64,000 bases of DNA from a virus (Duplodnaviria; Caudoviricetes): positions 128,001-192,000 of IMG/VR virus record IMGVR_UViG_3300028886_000037; one strand, 5' to 3'. This document shows, one piece after another, positions 55,572 to 64,000 of the stretch. The notes beneath the pieces were generated by a model. It searched no databases. It was not told where the DNA came from and worked only from the letters and a program-made list of their open reading frames with translations. The position numbers and the translations under genes were made by a program. Every line of letters starts with the position of its first letter. The stretch's first letter is position 1.

Positions 55572-55820
55572 TCATACTGCCTCCCTTACGATGAAGCCCA
55601 GGACGAACCCGAGCATAACTCCTATCAGAATGTAGCCAGCGATGGGTCCGTTGTCCATTTGATTCACTTCAACGATAGAGTCTGGAACAGCCGTCGTAGC
55701 GACCGTGTCGGTGCTGCGATGGCTTGAGTGATGCATCGGATTTAGCGGACTTATCGGATTCGCTGGATTCATCATGCTAAATGGACTCGCTGGATGTGCT
55801 GGATTCATTATCGGATTCAT
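55572..55820 (-). CDS. small membrane protein with NPxxPxSP repeats
   Basis: MNPAHPASP/MNPANPISP + C-terminal TM. Confidence 0.6.
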   Translation of the reverse strand: MNPIMNPAHPASPFSMMNPANPISPLNPMHHSSHRSTDTVATTAVPDSIVEVNQMDNGPIAGYILIGVMLGFVLGFIVREAV

Positions 55821-55821
55821 T

Positions 55822-56349
55822 CTATTCTCCCAAGTAAGATACGCCGTTCACATAGTAGTCGCAGTTGTGCACAGCGAAATTGTGACACTCGGCCAAGAAT
55901 TCGTGAAGCTGTCTGGGAAGCACGAACTTCTGCTCGCCACGCTCATCGTCTGTGCCTTCGAAAGTCACGACGAAGCTTCCAGGCTCTGGTACGGGCTGCT
56001 CTTCAGTATTGGCGAAGTCGACGAGTTCTAGACCATCATATTTCAGAATGAAGAAAAAGTCATTCTCTCCGATTGCAGTTCTACCGTGATGTCCGATCAA
56101 GCACTCGTTCTTTTCGAGTTCAGGTGCGAGATAGACCTTGATGACTCCATTGAGAGTTCCCAAGTAGCCATATTCAGAGACTTTATCCGGACGTTCGGCC
56201 ATGAAGATCGGATCAGCATTGAGAGCAGTTCCTACAGCTTCGCCCACATAGAGACAGTCGCCACAGTAGTTGCACTTTGCTTGACAGTCGTTAGCAGCGT
56301 GCAGGATAGTAGCGATGAGGCGTCCAATTCTAGCACGGCTCCACGTCAT
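55822..56349 (-). CDS. stand-alone fragment resembling the T4 gp23-type capsid A-domain
   Basis: YLGTLNGVIKVYLAP..CLIGHHG vs gp23 FAGVLGGKYRVYIDQ..FTVGYKG. Confidence 0.55.
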   Translation of the reverse strand: MTWSRARIGRLIATILHAANDCQAKCNYCGDCLYVGEAVGTALNADPIFMAERPDKVSEYGYLGTLNGVIKVYLAPELEKNECLIGHHGRTAIGENDFFFILKYDGLELVDFANTEEQPVPEPGSFVVTFEGTDDERGEQKFVLPRQLHEFLAECHNFAVHNCDYYVNGVSYLGE

Positions 56350-58829
56350 TCCATCGTTCTATGCTAGAGTGAAGTTTCTCGGTTCTGCATTTTCCTTTAG
56401 TTTCTTGATGTCGATCATTTGTGTTCCTTTTTTTTGAATTTCCCTGTCCTTTATGCTCGATGGCGGAAGTTGCCTTTCTCATCTTTCACGATCTCGTCGA
56501 CGAATTCGAACTTCCGTCTGATCTTGATAACTGCATGGTCGTGTGAAAACTTGTGATGAGTCTTGTAAAAAGTCATCATTCTGTAAGCGCTTCTAGGAGA
56601 CCTGAAGGTTTTAGCTGCAGGAAGAAAGTCTGTCACTGGTACATTTTCTCCGATATACATAGCTTTTCCGGGCTGTTCTGGTCTCTCGAACTTGACTACA
56701 TAGATGAAATCTTGGATCATATTATTAGGATTTGATCTGTTTTTCCAAGTACCTTATGTACTTTTCAAGTTTCTTGATGTATTGGTCTCTATCGTCGCAT
56801 GCGTTGTACCAAGCACTAAGAGACGCCATCTCTTCGATGTCGCCTATGCACTCGTACTCAGGCTTTTCTGGTTTCTTTACACTTCTCATTTTCAATAATT
56901 CCTGTGATCTCGAAGGTGCGCTTCACTCGCAGAATTACGAAGTCATGTGCGAACCCGTTGTTGCGAGAGTGATACGATACGGATTGATTAGCGTTCTTCA
57001 TAGTCTTGAAGAACTTAGCTTCTGAGAGCTCGGTCGTGTAGTAAGCGTCCTGACTGATATACTGCAAAATATCTTCGCCGTCTTTGCCACACGGCATCTT
57101 GCACTGTACTACGAAGTTCTCTAGTGTGATCATTATAACCCCAGTTTGCTCTTGAGGTCAGCCAATACTGCTGGATCTTCAATATCGGTGACGTTGTTGA
57201 TCTCTTTGTCCATGTCGATGATATAGTCTTCCTTCTGGAAACGCTTGAGAACGACCTGAGGGCCAAACGTGTCTCGATTGATCTTACGCTGGTAAACTAC
57301 GCCGTGCATATCGTTCTTGAGGAGCCACTGTCTCATCTGCTCGTCTTGAGGGTTCGATACGATGTCGACTAAGAGACTCTTCGTTGTCGGATTGATGTGA
57401 AGATGATGGATCTTGTCAGAGTTCCGGTCGATAGAAATTCTAGAGTACACTCTCATCATGCCGATGAAAGAATCTTCGCCTAGGACGAACTCCATGCTGC
57501 TCGATGGTTGAGCTATCCAGCCGCCGTCGTCGTTCGAGTGGACCTCTTCCTCACGCACTGCGACAGACAGCATGATTCCGCCGTCCCTGACGTTGGGTGT
57601 GTGCCATTGGAGAATGCTCGGAATGTACCACTGCTTGAGTTTCTCATATTCCATGAGTTTCGGTATGAAGTATAGATCGATTCCTTCATTAGCTGTCGCC
57701 CATTCCTTGCGCTCCCAGTCATTCGCTTCATCCATAGACACTTTTCTGAAGCGCATAATCGGTTCGGCATTAGTTTCTTCGCTCATAAGTTCCTCTTGTT
57801 TTTGTACAATCTAGAAAAAAGCGGTGCAAAACTAAATAGCCTTGCACCACATTTTCTTTGATTTTACGTATTTTTAAGCGGGAATGAACGAAATGTGGAT
57901 GTCTGTGATCTGATTGTCATCTTGTCTCTTGACTTTTATGGAGTCGACCGAGACTAGATTGATTCCTAGCTGATTGACGATGAATTCGCCGAGCTTGTTC
58001 GCTGCAGGATCTTCTTTCATATCTTGCATGAGATTGTTCTGCTTTTTCATGTACTTGTCCACGTCGAAGGGGAGTTCGACATGCAGCGAGTAGCCGTTGT
58101 TGATGACGCCATACTTCACCTTGCAGTCTTCCTTGCATTTCTTCATCGCTTCACGTAGTCTTTCCCAAGACTTCTGAGAGACATCATACTCCAGAACGCC
58201 ATCGGCATAGTCTAGAAAGTCGTAGAGTCTCTCTTCGAGATTTGTTAGTTCACGTTTGATCATACTCTTTCCTCTTCTTTAGTCTTCTTTAGGAGCGAAC
58301 GGGTTCTTGATGACCTTAGCCTTAGTGCTCTTCAACTGGCCAGGATCGTCGTCCCAGATGTGAAGATGGTCATACTGGAATGTTCCGGAGAAGGATCCAG
58401 TCAGCGAGAGTGCGATGCCGAAGCCCTCGTTAGCCATAGCTGTCAGAAGCTCGATGTTATCTTGCGTAGGAATGACCTTCACTTCTGCGTAGATAGTGCC
58501 CTGCCATTCCTCTTTCTCGTCTGGATTCCTGACGAGCTCGGGTCTGCGAACGAAGAACATCGGCTTGCCGTTCACTTCGAGGATCATCTTGCCAAGGATC
58601 CAGTAGCGATGATCTTCAGTCGTCAGATATTCGGCATCCATGCCCTTGAGAGAGTCAAAAGCAGTTCCACCGCCAAATCCGCCATAGTACATGTAGTTCG
58701 ATCCGAAGGAAACCTTGATCCATAGCTCGTCTGAATTGTTCTGATCTTTTTCACAGACCCAACGCCCTTCGCGAGTCTTAAGTATCTCTTTCAGCATCTT
58801 GCTCGTGATTAGCGGTCTGAATAGATTGT

Positions 58830-60161
58830 CTAGCATTCTTCATTCTCCATAGGCTTAATTCTATCTACGATAGCTCGTTCAAGTTCGTGAAGCTTCTCGT
58901 AGGAACAGATCATTCCCTGCCATAGACCTTTTCGTTCGCCATATCCCTTTTCTGATAAGACGGCAAAGTAGGACCCTGGCAGGACTTCATCTCTGTTCTC
59001 GAAGTACACGCAGTATTCTTTATATCCGTTCTCGTATCTGATGTAGTGGCAGCTTCCGTTGTCCTCGCGCTTGTACTCGATCCGGTAGTTGTAGAGCAGC
59101 TTCTCGATTTTCTCGATTGGCATCTTCCAGACGGGAATATCCTCACTCTCTTCTGACTGTTCCTTAACAGGTTCTTTAGGAGCCTCTTCTGGCTGTTCGT
59201 TGTTAGCCTCTTTAGGCTTTTCATCTTCCAGAATCGAATCGAGCTCAGCGAGATATTTCTCCATGCTCTCTGGATTGAACACGTCGTCTCGGTAGATTAC
59301 GCAACCGACCTTTACATCTGGATCTATGTCGAACTTGCTGATCGTAACGAGGTTGCTCAGATCTTGTTTCAGTTCGAACTTGATTCTGTACTTGTGATTG
59401 CCGAGTTCGAATCTTACTGTATAGGCAGATCCATAGTCTTTAGCCTCAAATGGAAGTCCGTGATCATTCAGCTTTCTCTCAGTGAGTTCAGCTACGCAGT
59501 CCCACTCGACCCTGGTAGGTTCTAGCTTCTTGAAACCTATCTGGTCGTCTTTTCTGACAGCGCCCGCCTTAGCCATCTTAGCTTTCTGACAGCAGACCCC
59601 ATGAATGCACTCGCCGCATGTCTCTGTGCTAGGAATGCAGATATCCGGATCGAACACGTACTTGTCTCCGACCTTTTCTGCTACCTGAAAGTATCTCGGA
59701 TCCTTAGGTTGTTCATCTACTGGAGACAGATCGCTAAGGTAGCGCTCCTGGAACTCTTCATCAGTCTCTTGATTATCATCAGGCTGTGTCTCTTCGGTCT
59801 TACCCACGATGCTGTCGAATCCAGCTACGCCCATCATGTGTTCCTCGAACTCGATTAGCGTGACCGTGTCAGCGTCAACATATCGGATGAGAATGTAGCC
59901 AGGCTTGTTCATCGGATGGAAGATGTCGGGAATGAGCTCGAACTGATTACCCTCGATCTGACCCTGCCACAGCATATTGCCAATTGGCTCTAGACGCATG
60001 ATGAGACTCAGCGCCGTGAGAATGTCTGGCGTAGTGATCATCACGAATCTGCGCTTCAGATTAGCAGTGATCTTGATGAATTCGGTGATCTGACGGAACT
60101 TGTCGATCGGAAACAAGTCGTCTGACGGTTGAAAGTGAAATGTGCTCTTTAAGATTTTCAT
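58830..60161 (-). CDS. multidomain acidic hypothetical protein
   Basis: 443-aa ORF; N-terminus weakly gp23-A-domain-like; CGECIHGVCC. Confidence 0.6.
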   Translation of the reverse strand: MKILKSTFHFQPSDDLFPIDKFRQITEFIKITANLKRRFVMITTPDILTALSLIMRLEPIGNMLWQGQIEGNQFELIPDIFHPMNKPGYILIRYVDADTVTLIEFEEHMMGVAGFDSIVGKTEETQPDDNQETDEEFQERYLSDLSPVDEQPKDPRYFQVAEKVGDKYVFDPDICIPSTETCGECIHGVCCQKAKMAKAGAVRKDDQIGFKKLEPTRVEWDCVAELTERKLNDHGLPFEAKDYGSAYTVRFELGNHKYRIKFELKQDLSNLVTISKFDIDPDVKVGCVIYRDDVFNPESMEKYLAELDSILEDEKPKEANNEQPEEAPKEPVKEQSEESEDIPVWKMPIEKIEKLLYNYRIEYKREDNGSCHYIRYENGYKEYCVYFENRDEVLPGSYFAVLSEKGYGERKGLWQGMICSYEKLHELERAIVDRIKPMENEEC

Positions 60162-62051
60162 AGTTATTCCTCTGTGCTCTCTATCCAGAAGTCAGCGCTT
60201 ACGAGCGCATCACGCTCGTCTAGATGGTAAGTGCGATTCCTGAGCTTGAAGTTGTTCTTTTCAAGAACATTTTTGATCATAGTGTCGATTGGTGCTAGAT
60301 CTGTGTACTTGTTTGAGGGACGGATCTTGATCATGCCCTTCACGATGGGTTCGTAGCATTGATGACGGAATCTCGTCATCTCTCTAGAGTGGCCAGGCGT
60401 CTGCTCGGCATCGTCGATGATGTCAAGCTTACTGCATAGAACTCCGCTTAGCTTAAATTTCATAGTTTGGTGTCCTTGAGTTGATCTTGAATTCTTTCGA
60501 CATAGCGTCGATCTCTCGGTAAGTGTTTCCGATCAAGACGAACATGCCGTCGTCTGGAAGCTTGTTCTCTTCCCACTGTTTCTGAACACGATAAGCGTTT
60601 ACGACGGTCATCAGATTCTCTTGAAGAGTCTTGAACTCCTCTTCCGCATCCTGATGGTAACGGATCTCGATGTTGAACGCTTCGTGATCCGTGTCTTTAG
60701 CCTTCGTGATCATCACCACGAGCTTGTAGTCATCAAGTATCTTTTTTACAATTTCCATGTGTTTTTCCTGTGACTCCGCAGTCGAAGATCATCTGGATCG
60801 GTCTTCCTTGCTTTGTCCTGTTCAGCCACGGCACATCGAGCTTGAAGTGTCTGACACGGCCTTCGATCTCTTTCTGCAAATCCCAGCCGTTCTTGTTTGA
60901 ACGGAAGCTGAAAGTCTGAATTACAGTAGATCCGCCTCCATCAGACGTGTAGAACGTGACCATGTAGACGTGATGTCTATCTCCCTTCATTTTTTCTTTA
61001 CCTCTCTGTCGTATTGCTGATTGAGACGAAAAAGCATCGTGTCGACTTCCTCGGGCTGGAGTCTAGCCAACCAGTCGACTAAGCTCTTCTTTACGTTCTC
61101 TTTCACGGTTCGCCCTTTAGGAAGCTCTTCACCATCTCGTCCTGCGCTTCTCGAACACGATTCACGATCTCTCTCACTTCGTCTTCTGTGTACTCACGCT
61201 CGATCTCGTCCAGATCGACTCTGACCTGCTGAGAGTTGAAGATAGAGAAGTCGACCTTCTCGAAGTTGTGGTCTACGATGTGATTCGCAGCGTCGAATCC
61301 GTCTGGATTCATGTTGACGTCGAGAACACGTCCCTCGAACTCGATAGTAGTCTCCCAGCAGTATCTTACGCCAGTCACGTACAGGAAGTAGTATCGGTAG
61401 ATCAGCTCATGCTTGTTCAACGGAGACAGTCCACGCCAGTACTGCTTGACGCGAATGATCTTGCCCTTGTACTGCTTCAGTGCAGCTTCCTTGCGGTTGT
61501 TGCCCTGACTGTTTCTGTACTCGTCCAGCTCGTTCTGCTTCGCATTGAGCTGCTCTTTGAGCTGATCACGTTCTGCTTTCAGTCTCAGTTCTGTCTCATC
61601 GATATGCTTTGAGAATCCCTTAATCATCATTTATCACCTCTCGGCCAGTAGAATAGAAATATAGCTAAATTTGCGATACCCAGGAATAGTGCATAGAGGA
61701 TGTAGAGCAGGATGTAGACTGTGATCTTCAGAATGTACCAGCCGCTCATCCACTGAGCAGCTTCGATGAAGAACCAGCCTCTGTCTGTCGGCTCGTCTGT
61801 CCTGTTAGTCACGTTTCCGTGTGTCTCGTACTTCAGATCGCATGCGCCGAGTCCGTAGAAGAACAGCATCAGAACTGCGTTTCCTATCAGCACTGATCCA
61901 AGGAGAGCAGGAGCGAAGCCCATGATGACTCCAGGAAGAGAGTACCCCAATGAGACGATAGCTGCGAACAGAACCCAAGCGAACGCAGTAGATCTCCGAA
62001 AGAAGTCCTTTCCAGCGTACTCTAGCGGAGTTTCGATTCGGTAGTATTGCT

Positions 62052-62639
62052 TCACGGCAGACTCCAAGTTAGTGCGACTTGCCTGTCGATTACGTGACAT
62101 GTCTCTCTGACGGTCATTTCATTGTCGCCAGCCAACAGAGCGATGGGACACTTGATTGGCACTTCTGGACGTATAGCACGGATAGCGAAGATGGTCGATA
62201 CGATCTGCTCTTCGATCTTAGTTCCAGCGATCACGATGTCAGAGTAAGTCATGATGTTGTTAGCCCAGTCGTGCCAGGTCTGACCATAAGCTTCGACAGT
62301 GCGGAACTTGCAGCTCTTCTCGTTCTTCTGCTGGAGCACCGGAAGCAGATCGGGAACGATCTGCCATCCCTCGGACCACTTGATGCAGTGTTCAGCGAAG
62401 CCCGTGTAGATGTACTCGCGCATCTGATCCCACGGCTTGACGTCTGGAATGCAAGCTAGACCGTCTTTTATCTGATCTTCGGTTAGGCGTGTCTCTTTTA
62501 CGACAATTATGTCACCGTCCCAATTTTGCACATAATCGGCGATTCTAGGGAGAACTGGCGTCATCCGGGTATTCCCAAAGGGAAGGCGGAAAAAGTCGTT
62601 CTGCACGCCCGTAAGGACCAATAAACGGTTAGGCTGCAT
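62052..62639 (-). CDS. isochorismatase/nicotinamidase-fold protein, probably inactive
   Basis: LLVLTGVQNDF, HCIKWSEGWQI, IVIAG; catalytic Asp and Cys absent. Confidence 0.7.
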   Translation of the reverse strand: MQPNRLLVLTGVQNDFFRLPFGNTRMTPVLPRIADYVQNWDGDIIVVKETRLTEDQIKDGLACIPDVKPWDQMREYIYTGFAEHCIKWSEGWQIVPDLLPVLQQKNEKSCKFRTVEAYGQTWHDWANNIMTYSDIVIAGTKIEEQIVSTIFAIRAIRPEVPIKCPIALLAGDNEMTVRETCHVIDRQVALTWSLP

Positions 62640-63040
62640 CCTCTCCCTCCGTTTCGAGTTTCTTTAGGATCGTTTTTGCCTGTTTAGCGAGCTTCTCGCC
62701 CATAGCAGCAGAGTATTTGTCCATGATTTCGAGAAGCGCTAGCTTCACTTCCTTCTTGAACTGCTGGTCGTCCTTCATGATGAAGCTAGTAGCGCTCTTC
62801 TTTTCTTTCCACCACAGAATGTCAGTCATGGTGAAGTCGAAGATGCCTATATTGCTATCGGCACTCGGATTGAGCTTCTTGTTGCCGAGCTTCTGACGAA
62901 CTTCGAACGGCAGATTCTCGGTCAGATATTCTGCGAGCTTCAAGAACTCCTGCCAGCGGCGTTCGTTCTCTTTCTCGCTATATGTGAAAAATTCGATCAA
63001 TGCGTCAAAGAATTTCATTGTTTCTCCTTAGAATTTCTCA

Positions 63041-63433
63041 TTAGTCGTGAGGTCTGTCTCCGTGTGCGAACTGATCAAGATACTTGATCAACTTCTCGTC
63101 TCCGATGTAGTCTGATTCTGGAATGCAGCCGAGGAAGTTGACTAAGAGCTGACCGAAACGCCAGTCTGGGAAGTAGTCCTTGTGAAGATCTCGGAACTTG
63201 TCGTAAGTGGAAGAGTCGAACTTAACCTTTCCGTCCCACTCTGGCTGTGTGCGTTTAGTAGCCCACTTTTCGACATCTTTGAGATACTCATCTTCTTCAG
63301 GGAAGAAAGGATCTCGATTATAGTCCTTCAAGAAGCCATATATGAACTGTTCGAACGTGAGATCGGGACAGTAAGTCGATTGGATCTTCTGGAGTTCAGC
63401 GTAGAATTTGTAGAGTCGGTTTGGATCACGCAT
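63041..63433 (-). CDS. internally duplicated DUF1040/YihD-like protein
   Basis: MRDPNR..PDLTFEQF and PDWRFGQL repeats. Confidence 0.6.
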   Translation of the reverse strand: MRDPNRLYKFYAELQKIQSTYCPDLTFEQFIYGFLKDYNRDPFFPEEDEYLKDVEKWATKRTQPEWDGKVKFDSSTYDKFRDLHKDYFPDWRFGQLLVNFLGCIPESDYIGDEKLIKYLDQFAHGDRPHD

Positions 63434-64000
63434 TGTAAGTCTCCGTTGCGGGCTTCTTTCCCTTCTTGATGATTGCAGTGTTCGGCTTCTTTGCCTGTTC
63501 GTAGTGAACGAGAGTCTTGTCTTCCTCGCCAGCGAGCCAGTCACCCCAGTATTCCTGAACTCGGTTGCCAGTGTCGAGCGCATATTCGATAGCTAGAATG
63601 AGCTTCTTCTTTACGTTCTTCCAGTCGGCGAGGCAGTAGTCCATGTTGTATGCGAAGCACGCGAGATCGTCTGGATTGCACTTGATTCCATCTTCTGTGA
63701 TCCGGATATTAGGAATCTTACAAATTCGAGTGAGATAGGGCAGAAACTTTCCGTTGACCGGTGCGTACTTGAACTGTATGAACCAGTCCTTGTTTGCGAA
63801 GCTGTCGAGATAGAAGCTCTTGCGCTTCATCTTGTGGCGCTTCGCTTGTTCTTCAGGATCGTCGGTGGGTACGACAGCTTCGACCTGATACTTCAGGCGA
63901 TACTCCTTGATGATGTCACAGGTTTCTCGGTAGATTTCAGCTCCGCTGATAGAGCGGAAGTTATCAAAGATTGACATAGTTAGTCCTTCAGCTTAAATTG

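Larger units (their letters stand above)
50550..63977 (-). other. dense block of about 30 small, tightly coupled hypothetical genes
   Basis: abutting or overlapping minus-strand ORFs typical of jumbo-phage accessory regions. Confidence 0.8.

Noticed and set aside
1-64000. CRISPR array, rRNA, tmRNA, RNase P RNA
   Set aside because: No regularly spaced repeats or diagnostic conserved motifs were seen.

Overview
64 kb of a large T4-like (jumbo) phage genome, mostly on the minus strand. It has repeated sigma70-like early promoters (TTTAC/G..N17..TATATT) and T4-type late promoters (TATAAATA). Recognisable genes: an NAD-dependent DNA ligase split into two separate genes, an NrdG-like activase, a cytosine-modification trio (dCMP-hydroxymethylase-type TS homolog, dNMP kinase, all-alpha dNTPase), a CCA-adding enzyme, a metallophosphoesterase, TnpB, an SprT protease, an AT-rich glycosyltransferase cassette and many small hypothetical genes. 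The centrepiece is a ~13.5 kb RNA island (14.0-27.5 kb) with about 34 tRNAs covering all 20 amino acids. It also holds (i) ten copies of a terminal-stem + ACAGCA RNA scaffold with variable cargo, three of them circularly permuted tRNAs in a YrlA-like layout, and (ii) five homing-endonuclease genes that each sit beside a broken tRNA remnant and an intact, divergent tRNA of apparently the same identity. Further candidates are a kissing-loop leader shared by three endonuclease genes, a leader-peptide attenuator, boxB/boxA-like leaders, and an ArfA/BrfA-like peptide missed by the ORF track. All calls come from manual reading; no searches or folding programs were run, so coordinates may be off by a few nt.
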